The position numbers and the translations under genes are program-made. The notes beneath the pieces were generated by a model. It was not told the origin of the DNA. It saw only the letters and a list, made by a program, of their open reading frames with translations, and did not search any database. A stretch of DNA of 63,806 bases, counting the filler, from Octopus bimaculoides (Eukaryota), in the NCBI RefSeq assembly GCF_001194135.2. It is 9 parts of 7 records of this genome, joined end to end, with 100 filler letters (N's around TTAATTAATTAA, not from the genome) between each part and the next. Parts side by side here need not be neighbours in the genome. Positions count along the whole stretch, not along the records: positions 1 to 12,142 come from NC_068981.1; positions 12,243 to 20,440 come from NC_069006.1; 7 more parts are not named here. One strand, given 5' to 3'. Of the stretch, positions 1 through 12,920 are shown one piece after another (position 1 is the stretch's first letter; the number at the start of each line of letters is the position of its first letter).

Positions 1-19
1 GGCTTCTGCTGCCGCCGTC

Positions 20-295
20 GCCGCTGCGTCAGATAGAATGCCACGCGGTATTCGTTCTGAAACTCGACGTTTTGAGTTCAGTTTCCACAGAAGCCAATTT
101 TGCTTTTCATCCTTTCAGGATCGATAACAAAAAGTAACAATCGAGGGCGGTGTATGAACGAATTGTAAGGACGTCGGGTGGAATGCCCAGCGGTATATTT
201 TTCTGACTGCTTGCATTCTGAGTTCAAATCCTGCTGTGGCTTACTTGGTTCGTTGACTTAATCTATCACCTGATTTAATACCAGCATTTGACACT
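20..295 (+). mobile_element. Two diverged SINE family B fragments
   Basis: tttgcttttcatcctttcaggatcgataac and ttctgagttcaaatcctgc blocks. Confidence 0.5.
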
Positions 296-2082
296 TTAGG
301 TTCCTTTAGCAGAGTCGACTCTGTTGCAAGCATTTGGACCCCAGTTTTCCGGTCTGAGATTCCTTTTTCCCTCTCCTCTCCTACCGGTCTTGGAGACCCT
401 GTAAAGAGTCACGGGTCCTACTTTCCATCCCAACAAAGCAAAAAAAGAAAACAAATTCTTTGTGTAAGTAGTACCAGTAGTTGAAGTGGTCTTAACAAAA
501 CGAAGCAAGGCCTTCAAGGCAAAGTAATTTCCCACATCGGAAGACTTGACAGGATGCTTGTAACACAGTAGTCTCCATTACAAGAACAAAAACAACAATA
601 ACATAGCAGCAGCAGTTTCTTTTTATGTAACTGAATTCAAGATGGACAGGTGGCGTTCATGGCCTTTTGCAGGACTTTTGTGACTGGTAGGGACGAAAGA
701 GGAAGTGAAACCTTTACTCTTGTGCCTCAACAAAAAGAATTAGGCCTTCAAGACATGAAGGAATTCCCATACCGGAAGCCTCGACCAGATACTTGTAACA
801 CAGAAGTCTCCACTAAAGGACTGCAATGAGCCAGGTGGTCGGGTTCAATCCGAATTACGGATGAAATCTACCGCCCTCACAGCTTGGGTCTACCCAATTA
901 CATTTTAAAAAAGAGAAGCTTAGTAGAAGACCCTGTATAAGAGGCTATGATAGAAGACATGTGTCCAAGGGTTTAGTCATGATGTGCGGTGGAATCGAAC
1001 TCGATTTGAAATCTTGTAATTTCAATACAAACTTCTGAAAAAACATGGCCATACAACAAAGAGAACAACACCGACGACGACGACGATTGCAACAACGACA
1101 AGAACAGCAACAACAACACAACACCAAAACAACAACAACACCAAAACAACAACGACAACAAAAAATAAAATAAAAAAGATTCAGATAATGTAGTCCTCCT
1201 ACATATATATTATGTCTGAGCAAAAGACAAAGTGGTCACGATAGGAACGCCTCTGAGCACAGGTTTGCTTGATCAGTTCTAATCTAGGAATAATAATAAG
1301 AGTAGCAACAACAATAACCACAACGGTCCCCTCCCCTCTCTCCCCNNNNNNNNNNNNNNNNNNNNNNNNNNNNNNNNNNNNNNNNNNNNNNNNNNNNNNN
1401 NNNNNNNNNNNNNNNNNNNNNNNNNNNNNNNNNNNNNNNNNNNNNNNNNNNNNNNNNNNNNNNNNNNNNNNNNNNNNNNNNNNNNNNNNNNNNNNNNNNN
1501 NNNNNNNNNNNNNNNNNNNNNNNNNNNNNNNNNNNNNNNNNNNNNNNNNNNNNNNNNNNNNNNNNNNNNNNNNNNNNNNNNNNNNNNNNNNNNNNNNNNN
1601 NNNNNNNNNNNNNNNNNNNNNNNNNNNNNNNNNNNNNNNNNNNNNNNNNNNNNNNNNCAACAACACCACCATTGCAACTATGACAACGACGATGACCACC
1701 ACCGCCGCCGTCATATTTTCTTTTATTTCTTCCTATAATCAATAACTGGTATTTGTAATTCTTAAGTTGACGTCGGATAATGTTCATGGTAAGCAACAGA
1801 TTTGTTTATACTGCTAATATTCAAATTAGAAATATCATAAGTAATTTTTTTTAATGTCTTTTTTTTTTTGAGGATGAGCCAATATATATTCCGGTGTCTA
1901 GAATATTCCTTTCGGTATTTAGTTATAAATCAGTTGTCTCGCTGAAATATTTTCCCTGTCAAATATAATTAACACAGCAATCTTTCAGGCCTTGTTAAGC
2001 ATATAAACGAAAGAAATTTAGTTCTTATATTTCGAAAAAAAACAAAAAAAAAACCAAAATTTTAGTTCTTAATCTGTGAAAA

Positions 2083-2260
2083 AAGGCGCTGAGCTGGCAG
2101 AACCGTTAGAATGTTAGACACAATCCCTAGGGATATCTCTTCCGGTTCTTTACTTTCTGAGTTCAAATCCCGCCGAGCTTAACTTTGCATTTTATTCCTT
2201 CAGGGTTGATAAACTAAAGCACCAGTCCAGGACTGGAGTCGATGAAAAATTACTGGCTTT
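2083..2260 (+). mobile_element. SINE family B (tRNA head plus Nin/Deu-like domain)
   Basis: ggcgctgagctggcagaa...gagttcaaatcc...cagggttgataaactaaagcaccag. Confidence 0.7.
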
Positions 2261-3479
2261 GAATCCTGCAACGGATCGGCATTCCGCTCAAGAGAACAGA
2301 GACCGAGTAATCTGCCTTATGAGTCCTAGAGCTCGAGTGTAAAAAATTCTATGAAAAACAAAATTTAGTTCTTAAACAGTAAAGAGCAAAACAAAACAAA
2401 ACAAAATCAAAAGATTAAGCCCCATATTAAGAAATGGTAATTCCTTTCATTATTCATTTGAAAATCACAATAGCATCACTGAATATCTAATAACAACAAC
2501 TAAATATCTTTCAAATCATACTTGGCGAGCTTACGAAAGGAAGTTACACGTTGGATTATGTAGACGTAGATCAATAAACTGAGATAGTCGCGGTTAGATG
2601 CTTTTATTTTGTCGGACTAAAGATGAGAGTCTTTTCGCTTTTTCCTTCCGATGGTAATTTCCTTGTGTAGAAACTCTCCTTCAGATAAGAAAGGGGTACG
2701 AACCAGTAGATGATGCCTTGGAATGCTGCCTTTTCTATTGGCGCGTATAATACTGTATGCCATTGAAACCCTATTCTTGACTGATTCTCCTAAATGAGAA
2801 CATTTCGAGAGGCCTATCCGTGACCACAAACCCACACATTCAACTCTAGTGAACTCCGAGTTTTGGTTATGTCCTCTACATAATTCCTTCAGTATATCTA
2901 TGACTTATTTGCTGTCACTTCTAACACAACTCCGATGCAGATAATAGTCTTCACTCCTTAATCTTCCTTATATAGTTGTCATTCGCAATGCCTGATTATT
3001 CACTGAATCACAACATTCTTCTAGGAGAATGTGGCGACTTAGTCTCCTTCAAAAGCAACAGTATCCTTTTATCTTTTACTTGTTTCAGTCATTGGACTGC
3101 AGCCATACTGGGCACCGCATTGAAAGGTTCGATAAATAAAATCACCATCAGTACTTATCTAATTAAAATTTGGTACTTATTCTATTAATGTTTCATGATC
3201 ATATTCTAACGCTATTCATCAATAATTCCCTAACAAAGGATTTCGAGGGACCCACTGCAAGGCATTTTTCAAATGTTCTAACAATTCTGCCAATCCAGTG
3301 CCTAAGGGGATCTCCCAGAATCTTATATATGTAACAATACCAAGACAACTTCACAAAGACTAGTTTCTTCTTCCGGACCAGAAAACTCTACAACCCAAAT
3401 CCATTTCAAAATCTCAATTAAGATCCACATTGGTATACAGCTCACACATATATATATACATATATGTGTGCCACATACA

Positions 3480-3810
3480 AAATAATGCTGACACTCTGTC
3501 AGTTACAACGACTAGTGTTCTAGTTGATCCGACCAACGGAACAGCTTGTTCGTTAAATTAACGCGCAAGTGGATGAGCACTCCACAGGCACGGGTACCCT
3601 TAACATAGTTCTCAATGAGATGCAGTGTGACACAGAACGTGACAAGGCTGACCTTTTGAATTATAGGTATAACTCATTTTTTCCAGCTGAGTGAACTGGA
3701 GCAACGGAAATAAAGTGTCTTGCTGCAGGACACAACGCGACATTAGGTATTGAACTAACGACCTTATGATCGTGAGTCAAATACACTAACCGCTAATCAA
3801 CACGTTTTCA
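3480..3810 (-). mobile_element. tRNA-derived SINE (Meta/V-like central domain), minus orientation
   Basis: Minus strand: tRNA-like head, then cgcgttgtgtcctgcagcaagacactt...gttgctccagttcactcagctgg, shared with the 3895 copy. Confidence 0.7.
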
Positions 3811-3894
3811 CGCTATATAGAAAATATGCTGCATCTGAAAGAAGGTAGTGCGAAAGCAAGGCAAATATTAATTCACAAATACACTACACCGTGG

Positions 3895-4145
3895 AGGCGC
3901 GTGGCTTAGTGGTTAGGGTGTCAGCATCATGATCGTAAGATTGTGATTTCGATTCCTGGACCGGGCGACGCGTTGTGTTCTTGAGCAAAACACTTCATTT
4001 CATGTTGCTCCTTTAGTCCACTCAGCTGGCAAAAATGAGTAACGCTGCGATGGACTGGCGTCTCGTCCAGCTGGGGAACACATATTCCATAGAAACCGGG
4101 AAATCGGGTCCATGAGCCTGGCTAAGCTTTAAATGGGCGCATTTA
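3895..4145 (+). mobile_element. tRNA-derived SINE (Meta/V-like central domain)
   Basis: A-box-like gtggcttagtgg and B-box-like atttcgattcc, then ttgtgttcttgagcaaaacactt...ccactcagctgg; AT tail. Confidence 0.75.
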
Positions 4146-4379
4146 TTTTATTTAATACGCTACACCAATGGTTCCCAGCATTTCTGTAACCTCGCCGCCA
4201 TATCATTCTATGTTCAAGATACACAACGTACTAAATGGCATTTTCTGTCAGTTGTGTTATTTAAATTTAAGAACTCGTGACATCACCATACACCAAGTTT
4301 GGAAACCACTGCGGCAAAACCACAAGCTGACGGACACGCAGTTTATCTTCTCTACAACTACAATATCCTCTTCTCTAAG

Positions 4380-4560
4380 CGTTTAGCATTATTCCAGGTT
4401 CATGGCTAACAAATCCTTCAATGCACCCGACTTCCCTCAATGAATCATCCTTGCTCTGTCGTAAATCCTACGTCCATCACCAAACATTTTCCAAAATCAT
4501 TTTTCGCCTCAGAGCTGTAATCCTCTGGAATTTTCTCTCCGTCCATATTTTCATACAGAT
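4380..4560 (+). mobile_element. LINE (Jockey/CR1 group) extreme 3' ORF2 remnant
   Basis: HHQTFSKIIFRLRAVILWNFLS resembles the ..SFFPR.I.LWN.LP C-terminal motif. Confidence 0.4.
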
Positions 4561-4619
4561 ATCAACTAACAACATCGATCTCATCAGTCAGGAATGATCT
4601 ACAAAGGTGAAGGTTACAT

Positions 4620-4830
4620 TTCCTTTCCTTTCTCTTAATTGGTTTCAAATTTTGGTACAAGGCCTACAATTTCGAGGAAAGGGTAAGTCGATTAGACTGG
4701 TACTTATTTCATCGACCCCTCAAAGTCAACTACAGCGGAATTTGAGCTTAAAGACCGATGAAATGCTGCCAAGTATTTTGTCTGACGTGCTATCGATTCT
4801 CTTAGCTCGCCACCTTTTTCCTTACTCTTA
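4620..4830 (-). mobile_element. SINE family B, minus
   Basis: ctggtacttatttcatcgacccc...gcggaatttgagct is the reverse complement of family B. Confidence 0.65.
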
Positions 4831-4994
4831 TTGAATAATAAAAACGAATGTTAATTAATTTACTGGATATTTCAATTTGTGAACAATAACGTCTTTGCTA
4901 ACAGGTTTCCAATGACAAGAGACTATCAGTGATTTCCTGCAGAACAAATGCATCAAAAGTTTTCTTTCATAAATCATCAGTTTTTCAGTTTTCT

Positions 4995-5017
4995 CGTTGG
5001 TGTCATAATTTTTCGCC

Positions 5018-5110
<93 letters not shown>

Positions 5111-5278
5111 CCTAATATGACGGGCTTCTGCACAGTTTCCAACTACCGAATTCCACAGACAATTAATAGTTAACTTGACGCTAGATTACAAGACGGATAT
5201 TCAAGGCGTTGTACTGTGGTATCGAACCTGGAATAACGTGGTTACGAAGTGAATCTCTTACCTACACAGCCATACTTG
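4995..5278 (-). mobile_element. Diverged SINE family A copy with internal (CA)n
   Basis: gacgggcttctgcacagtttcc...ctcttacctacacagccatac is the reverse complement of the family A head. Confidence 0.6.
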
Positions 5279-5509
5279 TACCCATATGTTGTATTCCATA
5301 ATTTTTCTGATATGGAGGGTTTCCGTGAGAGGTGAAAAAGGATGGACAAACTGTGGTGTTTGATAAAGTTAAGATAGCTTCCAACTATTTGATATAGCGA
5401 AGAAAGAAGAATTATATGGAGGCAAACTTTGTTTCATATTTTCATTAATAAAAACTAGAAGCAGGAAAAATCTCTGGTGCAAAAATCTCACAAATATTTG
5501 GGTGAGAGT

Positions 5510-5875
5510 ATTTCACCGAGGTTGACTTTGTCTTTCATCCTTTCAGGGCCGATAAAATAAGTTGTGCACTGGGGTCGATGTAATCGACTAGCCCCTCCCT
5601 CGAAATTGCTGGCCTTGTGTCATAATTTGAAACCCGTATTTGGGAGAGAAGAAATGGCGGTGAGCTGACAGAATCGTTTGCACGCCAGGCAAACTGCTTA
5701 ACCGGCATTTCATCCGTCTTTATGATTTGAGTTCAAATGTTGCTGAGACTGATTTTGCCTTTTAACTTTTCGGAGCTGATAAAATAAGTACCAGCTGTGC
5801 ACTGAGACCGATGTAATCGACTTACCCTCTCCCCCGAAATTGCTGGCATTGGGACAAAATCTGAAACCGATATTT
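5510..5875 (+). mobile_element. Two head-to-tail SINE family B copies
   Basis: The block ctttcatcctttc..ggccgataaaataag..ggggtcgatgtaatcgact..cgaaattgctggc..gaaacc occurs twice. Confidence 0.75.
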
Positions 5876-6489
5876 AGGAGGGGTCCTGGTACTTGTCAGT
5901 GTGAGAACCGCTGCTCTAACACAAGTTTGTCAGGATCCATCCTCACCTTTGACTATACACGTTGTACAAATTGTACTCCTTTCTACTCTATTCTGGTACT
6001 CATAAATCTTGTCCATGCATAAAGAAACTGATAAATATTTTTCTGTAACAGACCTTGATCAAAAGCGTTCAACCATAATCATCCCTTCTATTTTCAGATA
6101 TAGTGTATCTTGAGCTACATTAATCAATGTGTCTTTCCATTTTTGTAACAACAAGTAGAGTGTGAGTCGAGGTAAATTTAGCTGTTATATCTAGCAGGTA
6201 GAGCGACAGCGAAGAGATTTTTTAAAAGTAAGGCTCCAAAATCTGTTTAAGTAAACACGTAAAATAACCCAGGATTCAAAGTAAACAAAGACCATCTCAA
6301 TTGCTTTTAAAAATGTTTCTTATAGGATATAAAAATCTAAATTATAAAAAAGTCATCTATTAGATTAATTAATATCAATAAATATAAAAAGTCAAACACG
6401 ATGACATAAAGAATAGCACAGAAGCGAAATTATTAAAACGGATTGATGAACTAAGGGATTCTATTCAAAACATTATCGCTTCAGATTTG

Positions 6490-6615
6490 TGAAAAATAAC
6501 GTTGCTTCATTTTTGATATAGCTACATCAAAGACAGAACCTTAAAATATCAGAGCAGCTTGGATGCTATTATCAATGTCCAACCAATTTTTGTACTTTTC
6601 TTTCAAATAATAAGG
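6490..6615 (-). mobile_element. Second, diverged copy of the hAT transposase C-terminus
   Basis: Aligns with 6880-6980. Minus strand gives LKEKYKNWLDIDNSIQAAL, similar to hAT KTKYRNRLDVEDDMRVAL. Confidence 0.55.
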
Positions 6616-6869
6616 ATTATTATGGAGAAATAATAAAAAAAAAGTTGACAAAAATTATGGATCAATATTCAATTTCATAAGAATTGTTATGGATCAATTT
6701 TGAAGTTCATAAAGATTATTATGGATCAGTTTCCAAGATCACAGATTTTAGCATGGAGAAATAAAAGCTGAAAGATGCTTACATGAAAATAGCTGATAAT
6801 AAAAATTAATAAAAAGGATTAAAAACCTAAAGGATTTTATTTAAAACAACTTTAGTTTTGATTTAGGGA

Positions 6870-8290
6870 AAAATGCTTTTTTAATTTTTGATATAACATC
6901 AAAATTAGAAATCTTTGATGTCAGAGCAATTGGAATGCTGTCTTCAGAGCCCAGCGTGTTCCTGTACTTTGCTTTTTTAAGTCACAAATGCTGAAAATCT
7001 TTCTTCCCAAAGTCATAGGAAAAGGTAGCAATATTTTTATCATGTCTATAAGCACAGTTTTGAAGGTATTTTCAACTTAAACATTCAAACGGATAAGTAA
7101 TCTGCCTTGTTCTGAAATTCCATGAATGGTTTTCCATTGTTGAGGCGAAGCCCAAGAAGTGCCTCTACCAATTCAGTAAATTACAGTCAGTTTACACCAA
7201 CAATTTTACTGTTAGAAAGAGATTCATAACCTAACTGACAGCAAGTGAACTAAACTCTGGTTTTCGTAGTCAGAAAATCACCGTTTGAATTTGATTAGAT
7301 GCCTTCAGACATTTTGATATTTGCAATGTTCTAAAAACCATACTAGTTTTGAAACGTAGCCATCTGTACACTTCCTGTACCTGTACAGAAGCGTTGATCC
7401 AGATGCTGAAATCTTTTCACTTGCAAAAAAATGGCATTGATAAGTTATTCCTTGCAATTTCTTCTTCAATGCATTAACATACCGGAAGGTATCAACTAAA
7501 AATGAGAAATGTGCTAATCAAATGAAGTTACTGAATTTATTTTCAAGGGTATGCTTTCGTCTTAGTTAAAAGTTTTGAATTCAGTTGTGATACCCCAAGC
7601 TCTATTAGGAACATCACATGGAAACCACTTAGCTTTGAGTGAATATTGAACTCCCTCATCCTCACATAAATCACGAGGCAGCCGTCACGTTTTTAGTGAA
7701 TCCTCTTTGACAGCGTTGCAAATCTTAATCACACATTCACGACAGCCTCCAATTAGGTTCCAACTGCGCCTCATATCCAATACTTGGCAGTAGCTCACTC
7801 AATGAGTAACTTGAACTTTAGAATAATGCTTTTTTGTCAAATTTATAAAACTCTGCATGACCCAATGGTTGTAGGTCTATCACCAGACACACTGACACGG
7901 CTTGACTATTTCACATCAACCCTTGCATGTTGAAATAGGCTTTAATAACCTTGTTAAAGGCATCAAATACACAAGGCTTCAATGCAAATAGAGAACAGAC
8001 CATTTGTTCTTCAAATAAGTGAGAATCCCTCTAACGAACATATACTGTCACTTGTGAATTACTGTTAGCATTTATGGTATCTCATCAATTTGTAAAGCAC
8101 AATATTTGCCATCTTTGATTAATTGAAGAAATCACATGATCTCTCAAAATAGAAATTTGCTCATTTACAACTTTTGTAGATACGAATCTCTTCTCACTAT
8201 TACACGGCTTCTTTCTTGTCACAGATGACTTCAGCTGCAGATTTGACCAACTCTTCTGCAACAGTGAACGGAGTTTCGTTTCAGGTAACC
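6870..8290 (-). mobile_element. Decayed hAT (Charlie/ZBED5-8/FAM200-like) transposase
   Basis: Minus-strand fragments in correct order, with many stops and frameshifts: PFTVAEELV, KYCALQIDET, and IKILLPFPMT near the C-terminus. Confidence 0.75.
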
Positions 8291-9664
8291 AAAATTATGG
8301 ATCAACAGAATCGTTAGAATGTCTGCAATATTCAGTTACTACTCTTGAAGACCTGAGTTCAAATTTAGTTGAGATCGACTTTATGCTTCAGGTTACTTGT
8401 GACGTCTCTCATGAGTGCTGCTGGTAACATGGAATCCAGTATGACCTGTTGCATGGTCGGGTTATTGGTGACTTAACCAGCACTCCCATTAGGCTTGTTT
8501 GGTGAGGAGGGTTGCTAGAAACTCAGTGGGACAAAAAACAAAACCTGTCAAAAGGTTGGATTAACCTGATGTAGGCTCATTGACTATCTAGCAATAGTAT
8601 GAGCCATAAGAAATTCCGGGTTGATGTCCGATGTACTGGAAGACCACTGAGATTGAGGTATCCCTTAACTTTTGTTAAAGCATGTCTCTAGAACCCATTT
8701 TAAATCAAGGCGACGACTGCTCCGATAATCGGCGGTGACTTGCTTAGTGAATTCTTTGCAGCTTGATGTGCTGCTGCGGATCACACTATCCCAAAGTATA
8801 TATGCATGACACCAGGGACCACATGTGAACTTGTATTCCAACTGAAAGTCCGAATATTGTCGGAGCCGGCTCAACCCATCACAGGTAAATGCCGTCGCAA
8901 GTATAAGTACAACTTCTGGCAATGTCGCGGATAGAACGCCTAGCTATGTTCTTTGCCTTTCATCCTTCGTTATCGAAATTTAAAGTAACAACATTGAGGT
9001 TGATTCTTCTCTTTTTTTCTCTCTCTCTCTCTTTTCTGGAAGAAATCGGTTATGTTTAGATGTGGAGACACCATCTGTCACTCAATCAGGAGTTGAGGGC
9101 AGAAAAAAAGGAAGGAAGGAAAGCATCAACGAGACTACTTCAAAGCTAACCCTTGATTCTGAGCATTGATGCAGCTTTCTTATCTCATTCTAATGTTTAC
9201 CTTTTGAACGTTATTTCCAAAGTCTCAAAGTATTCCTGCTGTTTGGACAAGAGACGTGTGTGTAAAATGTCAAAGTGTTTCTTTAGTTGATTCTTTTTGA
9301 AAGACTCTGAAGTCAGAACATTCAGACAGACAACACATTGTGGCTTTATTTGTTCTCTCTCTCCTGTATTTCTGTGAAGCCATAGTTAATGAACTCTGCT
9401 TGGTATTTCCTTTTGCTGATTGATGTCATCACTTTTCAAAAAAAGTTCAGAGCCAATTGATAAATTAAAAAAAAACATTAATAAATTTATATTTTTTTAG
9501 TTGAAATTATTAGTCAAAAATATTTAAAATCACACACACACGCACGCACACACACACTCACACGGAACAACACATTAAACAAGTATAACATGAACGATTC
9601 ATTATTGAATTTATAGTTATCGTTCATGTAAAAATAAATTTTAAAATAAAAACAATATAAAAGT

Positions 9665-9824
9665 ATAGGCATGGTTATGTGGTTAAGAAATTGGCTTCCA
9701 AACTATATGATTCCAAGTTCAGTTCTATTGTGCTTCACTTTGGGCAAGTGTCTTCCACTATAACCCCAGTCAGACCAATACCTTCTGAACGAATTTGTTT
9801 GAAGGAAACTGAGAGGAAGCCCGT

Positions 9825-9908
<84 letters not shown>

Positions 9909-10110
9909 TGTGTATGTGTGTGTGTGTGTGTGTTTGTCCTTATATCGTTTGACAACTGGTGTTGGGGTTTAATAACTCCGTACTTCAGCAGTTTGGCAAA
10001 AGAGACATGATAGATACACTTATATAAAGTATGCACTGGGGGCAATTTGTTAGACAAACCTTTTAAGGTGGCGCCCACAATGGTCACTGGCCAATGACTG
10101 AAACCAGAGA
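9665..10110 (+). mobile_element. SINE family A (tRNA head, CORE-like segment, internal (TA)n(TG)n)
   Basis: ttgggcaagtgtcttccactata CORE-like block; homologous to copies at 40765, 45220 and 55925. Confidence 0.75.
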
Positions 10111-10449
10111 ATACATAGAAATTTCGTCACATAATATTTATGTTCTGTGTTTGATTCTTTACTTTCCATCTATCTGTTTGTCTATCTTTCTCTTTCTGAA
10201 AGAAATTTACTGTGGGTTGAACTGGAGGATGAACTCTATCAAGTCTAAAAATTTCCATGATATACAATATATCACAACGATTCTATTAGGAATTGAAAGA
10301 GCAAATCAAGGCGCATTTATGAGCAAATGAAAACTATAAGACGAAATATTCCAATATTTAGTTTCAATTGCTGTCAGAACTGGTAGAGTATTTTCACTTA
10401 GTCTTGATTTATTACGTTAATTGTATCTGTTAATTATTTCAGTTATTAG

Positions 10450-10800
10450 ATTGCGGCCATGCTGGAGTACTGCCTTAAAGAATTTTTAGTTGAATAATGG
10501 ATCCACCTTGGTACTTAATTTTTTAAGCTTGGTACTTATTCTATCAGACTCTTTTGTCTAACCGTTAAGTTCCTAGGACGTAAACACATTAACACCGGTT
10601 GTCAAGCGGTGATGCGGTACACAACCAGACACAAATACACACACACATATACACATTCACGACAGGCTCTTTTAACTTCCGTCTACCAAATCCACTCACA
10701 AGGCTTTGGTCGACCCGAGGTGTCACGCAGTGGGACTGAACCCGGAGCCTTGAGGTTGGGAACCAAGCTTCTTATCACATAGCCATTCGTGCGCCTATGA
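10450..10800 (-). mobile_element. SINE family A, minus copy
   Basis: Reverse complement of family A (gtctaccaaatccactcacaaggctttggtcgacccgagg). Confidence 0.75.
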
Positions 10801-11478
10801 AGAAATCTGATGAACTTTAGCATTTAATGTTCTATCCTCCCTAACGTTAATTATTTGTTCCTGTGCTAATGAAAGATGTTTTATTTGATAACTTTTTCTT
10901 TGAAAAGTCCTTAAATTTATGTATACTGTTACATGACACCTTTACCTTTTACAGAAACAATAAAAATATGACTTCTTAGAAATATTTGCCATATACAATA
11001 CAATTAACGTGCACTTTTAATAGATTTGTAAAACTCATAACCCTTTTTTTACTAAAAGAAAAAAAATTCATACTTCTTCCTTGATTTCGACATTTTTTCA
11101 AAGAACTTTGCAACAAAATAACTAGTGAGCTTTTGTGTGAGATAGATTTTTAAGCTGATTTCTCATTTAATTAGAAATTGGTTTAAATACTATATTATTT
11201 AGAATTAAAACCATTCATTATTCATTTAATTATTTAAATCTAGCGACTAAAAAAAAAAAAACGTAAATTTTAAAGTTTGGATTTAATTAAATCTATAATT
11301 TAAAATATAACCGAAAGATAAATTGAAAAAATAAATTAAAACAATCTTTGATTTAAATTATCAAAGACTCCATTTAATTTCTCCCGCCTCCAAAAAACGA
11401 ACGATGAAATTAAAATGTTTAAAGCATTTTTTAATGAATGAAAAATACATACATACATGCATAAGAGCACACACATAT

Positions 11479-11523
<45 letters not shown>

Positions 11524-12399
11524 GTAAAATTAAGCAACTGATTAGAATATTTTTTTAAGATTCGTAACAAAAGGTGGGCAAAGAACAATAATAAATTACG
11601 ATATTTATGGACAGAGTTCTTGGCTCATTTTTACGAACTGCCTTGGGTAAACCCTGTAAATTATCTAATGAATGTACAAATGTGTGCACCTTATTTTAGG
11701 AGCTTCTGATATATTTTATACTTGTTTATAACAAAACATTGAAAAAGCAAATCATGCATACACACACATGGTTATTTGCTTTAAAGTGTTGTGCCCTTTT
11801 TAAAACATAAAATCAAAATTAAAAGTTACATCCCTTTCAATTTGCAACCATGTGAATACAGAAATCCACAAATGTGCGCACCATATTTCGAAAGTTTCTG
11901 ATATACTTATATCTATTCATAGCAAAACATAAAGAATATATTGTGTTTTTATCCACAATGGAGACGAACACCATTCCTCCATGTGATCGGCTTGAAAAAT
12001 TGTTAAGATGTTAAGATATTTTTCTTAACAGGAAACTAATGCTCGTCTTAATACACAATTAAAGAAATTATATTCTTCAATGCGGTGTTGAGCACTCATT
12101 TTCATCGTTCGACATTTACGTATATATATATGTATATATATANNNNNNNNNNNNNNNNNNNNNNNNNNNNNNNNNNNNNNNNNNNNTTAATTAATTAANN
12201 NNNNNNNNNNNNNNNNNNNNNNNNNNNNNNNNNNNNNNNNNNTTTTAATTAAAAAAATCAAATGAAGAGCCTAAGATTTATCCGAGGTCAAATTATTCAC
12301 GCATTACAAGTATGGAACCATTTGGTGAAGTCGATTTCACGTGAAAAGCGATTACACACACATCTCTGTTTTATATATAGTATAGATATATATGTGCGT

Positions 12400-12590
12400 G
12401 TGTGTGTTTGTGTGTCTGTGTTTGTCCCCCCACCATCGCTTGACAACTGATGCTGGTGTGTTTAGGTCCCCATAACTTAGCGGTTCGGCAAAAAGAGACC
12501 GATAGAATAAGTACTAGGCTTACAAAGAATAAGTCCTGGGGTCGATTTGATTCGACTAAAAGGCGGTGCTCCAGCATGGCCGCAGTCATC
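12400..12590 (+). mobile_element. SINE family A, 3' half
   Basis: tttgtccccccaccatcgcttgacaa...gcggtgctccagcatggccgcagtc, near-identical to 40960-41060 and 45480-45610. Confidence 0.8.
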
Positions 12591-12704
12591 CAAACTTAAT
12601 GGGGCCTTATTAAGGAAATAAGAGTTGTGATGTCTATTTATTGGAGAATGTGTAAATCAAAGGAATATTGAGATATCTGGCATCTTGCTGTACCCTAGAA
12701 GACC

Positions 12705-12920
12705 CATCCACCCCTGCTGGTGCCACATAAAAAGTACCTGTGCCAGTGCTATGTAAAAAAAAACACCCAGTCCTCTCTGTAAAGTGGTTGATATTAGGAA
12801 GGGCCTCCAGTCATAGAAACCAGGCCAAAACAGTTAATGAAGCCAGGTGTGGCTCCTGGTGCAGTTCTAGTCAAACCGTTCAACCTATGTCAGCATGAAA
12901 AACAGGTGTTAAATGATGAT
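12705..12920 (+). mobile_element. Retroposon family C (SINE-like, (GAT)n tail)
   Basis: cacccagt..ctctgtaaagtggttg..taggaagggc..aaaccgt.caacc.atg.cagcatg..gttaaatgatgat; multiple copies in the window. Confidence 0.7.

Noticed and set aside
2617-2940. Minus-strand frame resembling a retroelement
   Set aside because: No diagnostic RT, endonuclease or integrase motif was recognised.
3895-3965. tRNA-like sequence with A and B boxes
   Set aside because: There is no complete cloverleaf and it continues into a SINE body, so it is a SINE head rather than a tRNA gene.
8380-8940. GC-richer block with an 85-aa ORF, possibly a LINE 5' region
   Set aside because: No recognisable domain; left unannotated.
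12187-12198. TTAATTAATTAA palindrome as a biological motif (PacI-like or homeodomain site)
   Set aside because: It is always centred in exactly 88 Ns, so it is an assembly linker.
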